DNA of 64,000 bases, from sequence record PV400810.1. One strand, 5' to 3'. Position 1 is the first letter of the stretch. Each line of letters opens with the position of its first letter. This stretch comes from Pseudomonas phage vB_PaeM_GXNNA8. Under the pieces are notes generated by a model. That model was given only the letters and a program-made list of their open reading frames with translations. It had not been told where the DNA came from and ran no database searches. Below are positions 46,276 to 56,336 of the stretch, piece after piece. A program made the position numbers and the translations under genes.

Positions 46276-47349
46276 ATGGCTGAAGACCCGAATAATTACG
46301 ACGCTTGGTTGGACAGAACACCTGGGAATACGCCACCCGGCAGAGAAGTCACGAAAGAAACCATCCTGGAATGGTGGAATTACGCGTTCCGTGAGAATGG
46401 CGGTCCTGGTTTTGATAACGCCTTGACAAACCTGTTACGTGGATTTCGTATTCTAGGGCCTGGCAATCAGTTAGCGCCCATCCCAGACGACACCATAGGA
46501 TTAGCGTTTATGTCGCGTCCCATGCTGAATCTGTCGGATGAGAATGTAATCCTCCATCCTCAATTGGTCTCCTTGTACCGTCCTCAACGGAACAGTTTGA
46601 ACGCGTACGTAAAAGGGTTACTGGATCCGGTTTGGGGAGCGGCGAATGCGAATGATGTTACTCCCCTGGATCCCTTGAACCCCTGGATACCTCCCGCAAC
46701 GAACTTTCTTAAAGTCAGTTCAGGGTTTCCTGATCTTTCGTTACCGTCGGGCAAAAGTGAACCTGGGTTCCGTAAAGAAGTGTATGCGTGGGTCGATGGG
46801 GTCTTGAAAGTCAACTACGACTATACCCTAAGACAAACCTATCACGGTATTAAACACAACGTATTGGCGTATATGTACGAAGTGTGGGTTCACTACATTG
46901 AAGCGGTGACCCTCGGGGATGAAGGGATGGAACCGTACCCCAATGCGTTGTTCCAGAACTATAAGGACTACACCACCCGTATTTACCACCTCATCATGAA
47001 CAAGAACATGCGGAATATCGAATGGATCTTCTGCTGTGGGGGTGGGTGGCCTACGACCTTCCCGTCGGGGGCGTACAGTACCATTGACCGTACTCAGAAC
47101 AGTCTGAGGGGTCAAGGGGTTGATGAACTGGATATCTCCTTTGATTGTCAGGGATTCCGGTTTAACAATATCCAAATTGCAGATGCCTTTAACCGTACTA
47201 CGTTGAGGGTCAACCCTAACCTGCACCCTCGGGTCAGGAATCAGTATTACTACAAACTTCCGTTCAGGGAACGGTACTTGTCGGGTTACGGCTCGTATCC
47301 CTGGATTAACCTGGCGACTATGGAACTGGAATTGTGGGGTAAACGCTAA
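46276..47349 (+). CDS. hypothetical protein (357 aa)
   Basis: ORF with a TAATG stop-start overlap with the next gene. Confidence 0.55.
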   Translation: MAEDPNNYDAWLDRTPGNTPPGREVTKETILEWWNYAFRENGGPGFDNALTNLLRGFRILGPGNQLAPIPDDTIGLAFMSRPMLNLSDENVILHPQLVSLYRPQRNSLNAYVKGLLDPVWGAANANDVTPLDPLNPWIPPATNFLKVSSGFPDLSLPSGKSEPGFRKEVYAWVDGVLKVNYDYTLRQTYHGIKHNVLAYMYEVWVHYIEAVTLGDEGMEPYPNALFQNYKDYTTRIYHLIMNKNMRNIEWIFCCGGGWPTTFPSGAYSTIDRTQNSLRGQGVDELDISFDCQGFRFNNIQIADAFNRTTLRVNPNLHPRVRNQYYYKLPFRERYLSGYGSYPWINLATMELELWGKR

Positions 47350-50279
47350 TGGCTATTAGTCAAGATGAATTGGAACGTATTGCAAACAACCCCATTCGGG
47401 GTATTAACCTCGTTGTGAATGAGATCGAGAATAACTGGTTCAATGGGACCGTTAAACTCAACAGTAAGAGTCACCCCTTTGTCCTGGCCATGGATTTGAT
47501 CCTAGGTACCTCGCACGGCTTCATTAACCGCCTCTTGGATGTCAACAGCCGTAAGTTCCTGCTGCACGCTCGGAATGTCAGTGAGCTGAGCATGAACATG
47601 TCGGATGAAGAGCGGTTTGGGTTGTTTGCGAATCCCTCGACTTCAGTGATGATTCTCACCATGGATATTGAGAACTTCTTGAAAATTGCTGTGGATCGTC
47701 GGCAAACCGTCGGTAAGAACACCGTGGTCTATAAAGAGATCCTCGTACCCAAGGATACCATCTTGAATGTCAACGGATATGACTTCTGGGTCGTCAATGG
47801 GATACGGATCCAGTACAACGAACGGAATGGGTGGAAGATCGTTTACGACGACAGTTCGCCTAACCCCTTTATTCCTATTTCCACGAACCTCTTGGACCGT
47901 ACCTTCAAACAAGTGGATAACCGTCGGTATGTGATGGTATCGATTCCCGTGGCTCAATTGAGCTGTAAGGCCACAGAGAATCTCACGTCTAACGAAGCCT
48001 CTGGCTGTCGGGGGATTATTGAGTACACGGACAACCTGTATGGGGTTCGTGCGATGTTGCAACGGAATGGGGAACTGAAAGAGATCCGGGTGTCCTACGA
48101 CCAAGATGTCTTTGATCCGTTGAATGTAACCCTAGCCCTCAGTATCGATACCGTGAATAAACGGTTCTCGTATGAGATCCCAGATGTGTACATTACGTCA
48201 GGGAATGACATTGGTCGGGGTATTATCAACATCTACACGTATACCACCAAAGGGGCGTTAACCAAAGACCTTACCACGGTGTCCCCGATGGACATTAAAC
48301 CCGCCTATCGGGACTATCGGTATGGGTCTGATAAGTTGGATCCCTATTCAGTCCCTCTGGTGAATGCGGGGGGTATTGCCTGGAAGATGGATGCGATTGT
48401 CTCGGGTGGTACAGATCCTATTCCCTTTACGGAAATTAAACAACGGGTAATTGATGGTCGTCAACAACGCACCCTCCCGATCACTGAAAACAACCTGAAA
48501 GGAGCGGCAGAGAACCGCGGGTACAGTTCGGTTAAGGTCATTGACTACATGACGAAGCGTTCCTTTGCATTAACGAAGGAATTGCCTATTCAGGATAACA
48601 AAGGCTTCTACGCGCCGATGGCGTGTTACGTGGGAAGCTATTTGGCGTCAGTCGAAGACCTGGTGGCTAGCGGGGTGGTATTGGACAACGGGGAACGGGT
48701 GACTATTCCTCACAATGTGTTGTTCAACATCAATAAGCCCACCAGTGTTCTGGTGAACAAGTTGACTCGGGATGCCTACTTCAACATGACCCCTGAACAG
48801 CAGGTGGACATGATGGCGGAGAATACCCTGGTATATACCCCTTTCTACTACGTGCTGGATACCACGAACAAGCAAGCCGTCCTCAGGACCTATCATTTGG
48901 ACTCTCCGATGATTCGGTATCAAACCTTTGTGGACGACAACGCGGCATTGGGTCTGGAACTGGGAGTGGGGCAAATCACCATTGAACACCGAGAAACCGG
49001 GTATCTCATTACCTTGGTGACTCAATCGGGGGATTCGTATAAGGAACTGCCGAATACCAGCGTGGGGGTCCAACTGTCCATTAACCCGCTGGACAGTAAC
49101 AGTCTGGCCAGTGTAGCTGGTAAACTGGTGGGTGTGCTGCCCAATAAGGAACGGGTCTGGGAGTTCACCTTAAACACCCAGTTTGATGTGGATGTGGCGG
49201 ACGTCTTGTACTTTACTAACTTCTGGCAGTTTGGAAGTCAGCAGAGTAAGACCGGCAGTGAACTGACCACAGATGTTACCTTTATCTTTACCCGCGCGGG
49301 GGATAAAGAGGTGACTCAGTCTCAAATCGATGACAAGATTGATGAGACCATCTTTGATATCCCGATGGTGGGGGTGATTGAAACCCATTACAAAGTTGAG
49401 TTCGGTCGTCGGTTGGGTAACCTGTACAGTCGGATTCGTCCCCTGGTGGGTGAAGCCCAGTACAAGCACTACGAAGCGGATGTCCCGGAACGGTATGAGA
49501 CTACCCAGGTGAAACGGGAGAATGGTCAGATTGTGTTCGACAGTGAAGGGAAACCAGTGATCGAACATAAGGCGGGTGACATCGTCTATAACCCGGATGG
49601 TACAATGCGGTTGCTGTACCGGAGGGGGATTGATATCGTTTACGAGAATGGTGTTCCGGTTGAGTTGGAACCCCGTAAGCTGAAGTACTATTGGGACTTC
49701 ATTGCCTTCGATGCGAACTATCAGTTCAGCAAAGACGAATATGATATCCAATTTGCTAAATACACGAAGGACTTCTTTGTCAACGGTATTAACCAAGACA
49801 TGCTGGCCTTTAGCTCGGAAGCGATTGACCAGACCGACCTGTTCTACCAACCTCGGAGTAAGCTGGGGTATCAGCGGGTGGTGATTAACAGTAACTATGA
49901 ATCCACCCTTCGGCAGGATCTGGCGTTCTCGGTCACCTACTACCTCACGGAAAATGGCTACCGTAACCCCAACCTACGTGCAGCCTTGGAGGAGAGCACT
50001 CCTCGCCAACTCAATATGGCGTTGTTTGATAAGACAACAGTCAGTACCTTAGACCTTGCAGAAGCCTTAAAGGAGAATGTGAGTGAAGAGGTGGTGAGTG
50101 TTAAGTTGAGTGCGTTTGCGGGCGACAGTACCGTGGATGTCATCAGTAACTTGGATGACCTCACCGGGTTCAGTATTCGTAAACGACTCGCCTTAACCAG
50201 CGATGGACTGGTATCGATACAGGAAGCCATTGATATCATCTTCCAACCCCATGACGTCAGAATGACGACCACCATTTAA
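47349..50279 (+). CDS. large hypothetical structural-type protein (976 aa)
   Basis: Long ORF followed by the hairpin at 50288-50323. Confidence 0.6.
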   Translation: MAISQDELERIANNPIRGINLVVNEIENNWFNGTVKLNSKSHPFVLAMDLILGTSHGFINRLLDVNSRKFLLHARNVSELSMNMSDEERFGLFANPSTSVMILTMDIENFLKIAVDRRQTVGKNTVVYKEILVPKDTILNVNGYDFWVVNGIRIQYNERNGWKIVYDDSSPNPFIPISTNLLDRTFKQVDNRRYVMVSIPVAQLSCKATENLTSNEASGCRGIIEYTDNLYGVRAMLQRNGELKEIRVSYDQDVFDPLNVTLALSIDTVNKRFSYEIPDVYITSGNDIGRGIINIYTYTTKGALTKDLTTVSPMDIKPAYRDYRYGSDKLDPYSVPLVNAGGIAWKMDAIVSGGTDPIPFTEIKQRVIDGRQQRTLPITENNLKGAAENRGYSSVKVIDYMTKRSFALTKELPIQDNKGFYAPMACYVGSYLASVEDLVASGVVLDNGERVTIPHNVLFNINKPTSVLVNKLTRDAYFNMTPEQQVDMMAENTLVYTPFYYVLDTTNKQAVLRTYHLDSPMIRYQTFVDDNAALGLELGVGQITIEHRETGYLITLVTQSGDSYKELPNTSVGVQLSINPLDSNSLASVAGKLVGVLPNKERVWEFTLNTQFDVDVADVLYFTNFWQFGSQQSKTGSELTTDVTFIFTRAGDKEVTQSQIDDKIDETIFDIPMVGVIETHYKVEFGRRLGNLYSRIRPLVGEAQYKHYEADVPERYETTQVKRENGQIVFDSEGKPVIEHKAGDIVYNPDGTMRLLYRRGIDIVYENGVPVELEPRKLKYYWDFIAFDANYQFSKDEYDIQFAKYTKDFFVNGINQDMLAFSSEAIDQTDLFYQPRSKLGYQRVVINSNYESTLRQDLAFSVTYYLTENGYRNPNLRAALEESTPRQLNMALFDKTTVSTLDLAEALKENVSEEVVSVKLSAFAGDSTVDVISNLDDLTGFSIRKRLALTSDGLVSIQEAIDIIFQPHDVRMTTTI

Positions 50280-50287
50280 GACGTATA

Positions 50288-50323
50288 CCCCTACCCACTC
50301 CCCGTTAAGGGAGTGGGTAGGGG
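50288..50323. terminator. bidirectional hairpin CCCCTACCCACTCCCC-gttaa-GGGAGTGGGTAGGGG (copy of the 24462 element)
   Basis: Between convergent 47349..50279 (+) and 50334..51065 (-). Confidence 0.7.
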
Positions 50324-50333
50324 TACCTTTACG

Positions 50334-51065
50334 TTACTCGGTGTCTTTAGAGGGAAGATTACCTTCAATCAACTCGTCCAAGAAACACGAGAACAACTTA
50401 GCCAACCGCACCCGAACACCGAGTTGTTGGGTGTAGTAATCGATACCGGCCAGAGATTGCTCTTTGATCGAAGAGGGTGAGAGGTAATACTGGTAGAAGT
50501 TCTCCTTGACCTGCTTCAATTCGAAGTCATAGTCATCCAGAAGGAGGTAATCCCCGTCATCCACACAGCGGGCTTGATCACGCAGTTGAGTCCAACAGGT
50601 AATCTCGCCATCTGCGACCTTCTCTTTCCCTTCGAAAAACCCGTTAGCGAAGTATTCAAAGAACCGGGCGGGTTCCTTACGGAGTTCGTTGTACTTCTCC
50701 AGGGCGACGGGGTCATTCAGGTCCGCTCGGTTAATAGACGAGAACACCTGTTCCAGTCGACCCCCGATCCTGGGGAACGCCACCGCAAAGAAGGCCTTGG
50801 TAGCTCCCAAAGCCAGGATATAACCAGCCTGCTCACCCAACGACGTGCAGAGGATAATACCTCCGTTGTCCTTAGGGAACTGAGCCGTAACACGAACTTT
50901 CATTTTTTCCGCCTGTTCACCAGACCAGTACCGGTCAATGATGGCGTAAGCGGCTTCAGGTCCTATCCCTTCTTTCAGCAGAGCGAGGTCGTCCTCACTG
51001 GTCTTACGGATCAATTCCAGTTCGTGCAGGGCTTTAATACCCAGTTCACACACTTCACGATTCAT
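50334..51065 (-). CDS. hypothetical protein (~243 aa)
   Basis: Track ORF is 50334..51080. The ATG at 51065 gives an ATGA overlap with the upstream stop. Confidence 0.5.
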   Translation of the reverse strand: MNREVCELGIKALHELELIRKTSEDDLALLKEGIGPEAAYAIIDRYWSGEQAEKMKVRVTAQFPKDNGGIILCTSLGEQAGYILALGATKAFFAVAFPRIGGRLEQVFSSINRADLNDPVALEKYNELRKEPARFFEYFANGFFEGKEKVADGEITCWTQLRDQARCVDDGDYLLLDDYDFELKQVKENFYQYYLSPSSIKEQSLAGIDYYTQQLGVRVRLAKLFSCFLDELIEGNLPSKDTE

Positions 51066-52579
51066 ACGGGTCTCCCCCATCCAGTTTGTCGTGCCAAGGC
51101 ATTGTACTTGGAACGAAGCTCACCAATGTCGTTTTCAATCACGATTTTCATCGTCCCACTCATCTTCTCCAGGAAGGTCTTTGCATCCGCTTCCGGAATA
51201 AAATCCAACGCCAATGTCGGATAACCCTCCGCATTCGCCACAGGAGAGTGCCCCGCCTCGCGAGCTTGGATATTGATTTCACGAAGCTTTTCAATGTCAT
51301 CCAGCAGACCATGGTAATACCACATGTGAGAACGGTGATACCAACCCACCAACGCTGCTACTTGGTTTTCAACCGCCAACAGCTGACTGGTTACAGATTG
51401 GCAATATTGGCTGAAGTTACGCATGGCAACCGCCACGCCCTGGTAATCACTGAGGAGTCCAGGGACTTGGTAGTATCCCGCAATGCTCTTGACCTTCTCG
51501 GCATCGGTTACATCCACCAGATTACCCAACTCACTCAGACGAATCCGAGACATGTCGATCGCCTTATCCGAGATCGTCATATACGCCGCGTTGAGCTGCT
51601 GAACGAGGTCCATGATCACCGGAGTGTTCACCCGGGTCAACTTCACCCGTTGAGCCTGAATGTTCTCTTTAAGGGTCTCCCGGACGGTATGGAACCCTTC
51701 ATTCAACGCCTCGTTTTCGAACTTCACCTTGTAGAGGGTTTCCAGGAGCTGACCGATTTGTTCTACTAAACCATCCGGTTTAACGAAGGTCAGGGTTTCC
51801 AACACCGCTTTCTGGACTCGGTTAACCTCAGGGGAGTTCGCACCGTCTACGTACTCTCGGAGGTGAGCTCGACCCCGGGTAGCGTTGTATTCGTTACGGA
51901 TGGTCCTTTTAAGGTTTTCAGACGCACGTATTGCTTTGTCGGAAGCCTCCGTTAGTTTACCGATAATTTGTTCGAAGAGTGGGAAGACTTTACGAAGGGC
52001 CTCGATGCTCTCTTCATCGGTTTCGAACTTTGTGCGGAGGATCGTCAGTTGACCAATGCGGTCAGTGGCATTAGGGAACTCCCCAATGAACTTCTCCAGG
52101 TTGTAATTCGCCCCTGGGAAGCCCAGACCGTTCAAGGTCTGACGGAACTCCTCCCGGAGGTTCTCAAAGGAGTCATTAATCGCCTGGTTAATACGCGCGC
52201 TCTTACGGAAGCCCAGGAGACCTTTAATGTGTTCCATAACCCATTTAAAGGCCATCTTGATGTACTTGATGATCCCTTCAATGAACTTTTTGAACCCTTC
52301 CGTAATGGTAGAGATAAACCCTTCCGCTCCCATTACAGCATTACGCTCCGTTGGGAAAGGATCCATTTCGTACGCATTCTTCAGTTTGAGTTGGATAGCA
52401 ATGTCCCGAGAGAAGCGATTGAGCGCGAGGCTCTCACTCCCTTGGACCATGGCGTCCACCACGGGTTGACCGGTTTCTTCGTAGTACTCGTCCAGATCAA
52501 TGAGTTGTTTATCATCACCTGGGAGCACGCCGTCAACCGGATCACTCAATTGGAAATACGAACTCACCGGATTACTCAT
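51062..52579 (-). CDS. head/internal-protein-family paralog (GAE|GFISTITEGFKKFIEGIIKYIKMAFKWV)
   Basis: Shares the N-terminal motif with 38931, 40105 and 56337. Alpha-helical, 505 aa. Confidence 0.55.
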   Translation of the reverse strand: MSNPVSSYFQLSDPVDGVLPGDDKQLIDLDEYYEETGQPVVDAMVQGSESLALNRFSRDIAIQLKLKNAYEMDPFPTERNAVMGAEGFISTITEGFKKFIEGIIKYIKMAFKWVMEHIKGLLGFRKSARINQAINDSFENLREEFRQTLNGLGFPGANYNLEKFIGEFPNATDRIGQLTILRTKFETDEESIEALRKVFPLFEQIIGKLTEASDKAIRASENLKRTIRNEYNATRGRAHLREYVDGANSPEVNRVQKAVLETLTFVKPDGLVEQIGQLLETLYKVKFENEALNEGFHTVRETLKENIQAQRVKLTRVNTPVIMDLVQQLNAAYMTISDKAIDMSRIRLSELGNLVDVTDAEKVKSIAGYYQVPGLLSDYQGVAVAMRNFSQYCQSVTSQLLAVENQVAALVGWYHRSHMWYYHGLLDDIEKLREINIQAREAGHSPVANAEGYPTLALDFIPEADAKTFLEKMSGTMKIVIENDIGELRSKYNALARQTGWGRPV

Positions 52580-53018
52580 TGCCTTTCACCAATTCATTGT
52601 AGAGGAAATGAACCAGCTCACAGAACAGATCATTGTCCGTGGCGTCGAGTTTATCCACCGTGGTATCGCCCGACTCGGGACAGGTGCGTTTCACATCCAG
52701 ATACACATCGAATTCCGCATTACCGGGCGTTTTACCTTCTTTCATCAGACAGCCGCGAATACGGGTCAGACGGAGTTTAACCGATTCCACAATGAAGGAA
52801 GCATTAATCGGATACACTGAATTCCACTTATCGAGCTGCACCCAGATGCTATTCTCTTCGTCTTCTCCCAGGGTGAAACTGTCCTGGGAACGAGCATGGC
52901 GCTTGAGAATGGCGCGGATGTAGGCTTCCTGGCAGGCTGTGTTCAACGCATACGGGCAGGTAACCCCTTGACTGGTAAGATAACCCCGGTAATCGTTTAC
53001 ATGGGCGAGGTGAGACAT
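52572..53018 (-). CDS. hypothetical protein (148 aa)
   Basis: ORF. Confidence 0.5.
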   Translation of the reverse strand: MSHLAHVNDYRGYLTSQGVTCPYALNTACQEAYIRAILKRHARSQDSFTLGEDEENSIWVQLDKWNSVYPINASFIVESVKLRLTRIRGCLMKEGKTPGNAEFDVYLDVKRTCPESGDTTVDKLDATDNDLFCELVHFLYNELVKGNE

Positions 53019-53028
53019 TATAAACTCC

Positions 53029-54390
53029 TTAGAGCGTCTTCAGTTGACTGGACAAGACTGCCAGTTCATGGTTATTAAGGGATTGAGTAAAGTGTTCGAT
53101 TTCTTGCTTACGGAAATCGCTGCCTGAGAAAATCCAACCAATAAAGCGATAGAGGACGGTGTTGTCGTACCAGGGTTTAAGTTTCTTAACCGCTTCCAGG
53201 GCTTTGGTGATGTCATCAATCAACCGCACCCGTTCCTCACCGGGAACGGTTTTACTGGCTTTCAGTTTAGCAATCAATTGGCGCAGGGCATCTTCCATAC
53301 GGCGGTGGTCGGAATTGTAGGCACCGGAATACCCGGCTTGGAAATACGCAAAGGCTGAACTGAGGGCAAAGACCCCCCACAACATACCCCCCAGCGCCGA
53401 GGTTCCCCCGGTAACAATGATGGTGACAGCGGCTGTAGGCCAAAACAAGAAGAGGGTTGCAACGGCACCGAACAGGAAGGTCTCTGTCGCAATGGTAAAG
53501 ACACCACGGTCCACCAAAGCACTGATCCCAGCGATCACTTCCTTACTGAAGCCCATACGAATGGCGTACATATCCGCAATCACTTCACTGGTCATCTCGG
53601 GAACCCCAACAGACAGTGACCGACGACTGTTCCGTTGAGAGAGCAGTTTGGTGTAGTACAGGAGGTAGTTCTCTTCATCTTCCTGGGTGGCAAAGCTTTT
53701 CAATTCCTCCAATTTGGCTTCTGGGACATCCAGAATAGCAGCGGTGTCTTTCAGGATAATCACCCGTTCTTCTGCTTTGGTGGCTTTACGGTACTGATCC
53801 AAGCCTGCTCGGGCTACCAGGTTGTCTTCCAGGTGAGTCAGCAGGAGTGCGCACCCCCCAAAGGCATGTCCCAGTTCGTGAGCGATACCGCCTGCTAGCG
53901 CACCTCCCATGGAGACTTTCCATTTGGTGATCTTATCCAACGGGAAGAACTGATGCAGGTTGACGTTGATCCCAATAGTCAAGGGAACGTCTTGGAACGA
54001 ACCGGTCACTTTACCGGAGCGGTAATCAACACCTCCTTTAAAGATCTTGTTCTTGTTCTCCACAAACCACCGATACAGGGTAGTCTTAGAGGCTGGAATC
54101 AACACATCAGTACCCGTGTTGTTCAGAACATGGTTCGGGGAGAAATACCCCGCGTCGATGTACAGGTTACCACTGTCGTTCAACTCCAGCTTTATGTTGC
54201 TAAAGCCAGTGTGTTTCTTAATGAGTCCCAGTACGTCCACTTGGCAGTCAGGGGACAACACCACCCGCTTATCGGTAATCGTAATGTATTGATCCAAGCA
54301 AGCGGTTAATTCGTCTTTAAAGGTAGCATTCTGGAACTCAATGAACTCCGTACCCGCTACCTTTCGGGTAATAAAACTCATGTCCAACAT
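53029..54390 (-). CDS. M48/HtpX-like zinc metalloprotease with C-terminal transmembrane helices
   Basis: HEXXH within GGIAHELGHAFGG, and about 95 aa downstream an E-V-I-A-D-M-Y-A (ExxADxxA) third-ligand motif. Two or three hydrophobic helices follow (FLFGAVATLFLFWPTAAVTIIV; LGGMLWGVFALSSAFAYF). Confidence 0.5.
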   Translation of the reverse strand: MLDMSFITRKVAGTEFIEFQNATFKDELTACLDQYITITDKRVVLSPDCQVDVLGLIKKHTGFSNIKLELNDSGNLYIDAGYFSPNHVLNNTGTDVLIPASKTTLYRWFVENKNKIFKGGVDYRSGKVTGSFQDVPLTIGINVNLHQFFPLDKITKWKVSMGGALAGGIAHELGHAFGGCALLLTHLEDNLVARAGLDQYRKATKAEERVIILKDTAAILDVPEAKLEELKSFATQEDEENYLLYYTKLLSQRNSRRSLSVGVPEMTSEVIADMYAIRMGFSKEVIAGISALVDRGVFTIATETFLFGAVATLFLFWPTAAVTIIVTGGTSALGGMLWGVFALSSAFAYFQAGYSGAYNSDHRRMEDALRQLIAKLKASKTVPGEERVRLIDDITKALEAVKKLKPWYDNTVLYRFIGWIFSGSDFRKQEIEHFTQSLNNHELAVLSSQLKTL

Positions 54391-54474
54391 TAACGGGTTA
54401 CTCCTACTGTAAATACCGACCTATACCCCTATTGGTATAGTCTCCAAAGCAATCATAAAATGCAGGGTTAAGGA

Positions 54475-56280
54475 ATGGTCGAGAATACTTCACCCATTGT
54501 CGCTAAAGTCTGCAAACACAGTAATTACTCGGTCAGCAGGTTCAACAGGGGCAGTGATTTAACGTGTGTTAAGATCACCAATATTCATGAAGATGGTGGT
54601 CGAAGTCAATCGTTTATTTCGATTAAGGATTATAAGCAACCGTACTACATTGTTAAAGAGAACAAACGGAAGTACAAACAGCATAAAGATTACATTGAGG
54701 AATCTTGGTGTCGGGAGTACAAGGCTCCCCGTGCACAGATTGCCTTTAATGTGATTAAACAGCTCTATGGGCGAGCGGATTATAAAGCCAGTCTAGCGGA
54801 AGCTAAAGAAAGTCCTTACGTCTTCGGCTTAGACCAAACCCCTCCAGTGCACATTAAACACCAGTTTTTTAAGAAGTATGGAGAACATCAGGAGAAGGAA
54901 CCGTATACCGTAGCGCCGTATGACGTTGAGACGGATATGTTCCATCCGGATAACCCCATTATGATGGCATCGGTTACCATGAAGCGTAAGGCGTATTTTG
55001 CAGCCGTACGGAGTTGGTTTAAAGAACCGGATGACGCCACGATCCTTAAGCACCTTAAAGACGCCGAAGACAAGTGGTTGAGTGAACACCTTAAACGGCG
55101 TCAGTGTGTGGTTCAATACGAACTCTTTGATACCCCAGGCCAAGTGGTGGTGGCGTGCATTAACAAGATGCACGAATGGCAACCGGACTGGGTTGCCAGT
55201 TGGCATGCGGAATACGACATGACCAAGAATGAGGAAGCCCTTAGGAATGAAGGGTATCGATTGGAGGATGTGTACAGCGATCCCAGTATTCCTAAGGAAT
55301 TTCGGTATTACAAGCTGGACTTAGGGAGAACCCACAAAGTCAAGGAAGACGGTTCTAAAATGCCGTTGGAACCTCAAGAGAAATGGCCTACCGTGCGAAC
55401 TATGGCCACTTGGCAATGGTTAGACGCGATGTCGTTCTTCTGTATTAAGCGTCAACCGTCTGAAGGTAAACTTCCCGATGTTTCGTTAGAAGGGGCGGCG
55501 AAGCATGTGAATGTGCCGGGTAAACTGTATACCGAAGAAGGCGCTCATATCCGACCGGGTACACCTCAGTGGCACCGTTACATGCAAAAGGAATGGCCTT
55601 ATCTGTACTGCATGTACAACATTGCAGATAATTTCGTTATTGAAGAGATCAATGAGAAGACCAATGACTTGTCATTGTCACTTCCTATGTTGTTGAAGTA
55701 TTCGGAGTATTTTAACTACGTCTCTCAACCCAAGTTGGTCAGTGATACCTTGAGTTTCTTTGCACGCCGGTATGGGTTTGTGTGGGGGAGTACCCCTCGT
55801 GAACGTGATCAATCCATTATTGATAAGCTACCTCCGTTGTCAAACTGGATTGCGTTACTCGATACCGAGAAGAATGCGGATGTCGGCGCTCAGCTCTTCC
55901 ATGGACTCGCTGATGTGTATAGTACCGGGCGTACAGATTCATCCGATATCGATGTTGAAGGTGCGTACCCTCACGCGACCTTGGCATTGAACGTCGGGAA
56001 TCGTACCACACAAATGGAAGTGTTTCGGATTCAAGGCGCTGACGGCAATAAGTTCAGACAGATTGGGGTGAACTTTGCGAGCAGTGCAGAAGCGAACGCC
56101 ATTGGATTATGCCATGATTTGTTTAGATTCCCTCAGTTAGATCAATTGAAGGATGAGTTTGAGCGGTTAATGGTGGAAACAGGCCAAGAGGAACTGCTAA
56201 AGGAAATGCAAGCGAACGCTCGTAACCGTAAATCTCGTATTAACATCGATACGGAAGAACCTGTGCGAGACACCGCATAA
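54475..56280 (+). CDS. DnaQ/family-B-polymerase-like 3'-5' exonuclease domain protein (probable N-terminal fragment of a split DNA polymerase)
   Basis: Exo I-like VAPYDVETD and Exo II-like YNIADNF. No polymerase motifs (DxxSLYPS, YGDTDS) in the ORF. AAGGA RBS. Confidence 0.35.
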   Translation: MVENTSPIVAKVCKHSNYSVSRFNRGSDLTCVKITNIHEDGGRSQSFISIKDYKQPYYIVKENKRKYKQHKDYIEESWCREYKAPRAQIAFNVIKQLYGRADYKASLAEAKESPYVFGLDQTPPVHIKHQFFKKYGEHQEKEPYTVAPYDVETDMFHPDNPIMMASVTMKRKAYFAAVRSWFKEPDDATILKHLKDAEDKWLSEHLKRRQCVVQYELFDTPGQVVVACINKMHEWQPDWVASWHAEYDMTKNEEALRNEGYRLEDVYSDPSIPKEFRYYKLDLGRTHKVKEDGSKMPLEPQEKWPTVRTMATWQWLDAMSFFCIKRQPSEGKLPDVSLEGAAKHVNVPGKLYTEEGAHIRPGTPQWHRYMQKEWPYLYCMYNIADNFVIEEINEKTNDLSLSLPMLLKYSEYFNYVSQPKLVSDTLSFFARRYGFVWGSTPRERDQSIIDKLPPLSNWIALLDTEKNADVGAQLFHGLADVYSTGRTDSSDIDVEGAYPHATLALNVGNRTTQMEVFRIQGADGNKFRQIGVNFASSAEANAIGLCHDLFRFPQLDQLKDEFERLMVETGQEELLKEMQANARNRKSRINIDTEEPVRDTA

Positions 56281-56285
56281 TAGAC

Positions 56286-56325
56286 CTTACTACCCCTCTC
56301 CCTTCACGGGGAGAGGGGTAGTAAG
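56286..56325. terminator. bidirectional hairpin CTTACTACCCCTCTCC...GGAGAGGGGTAGTAAG
   Basis: 16-bp stem between convergent genes. Confidence 0.65.
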
Positions 56326-56336
56326 GGTTACCAGGG

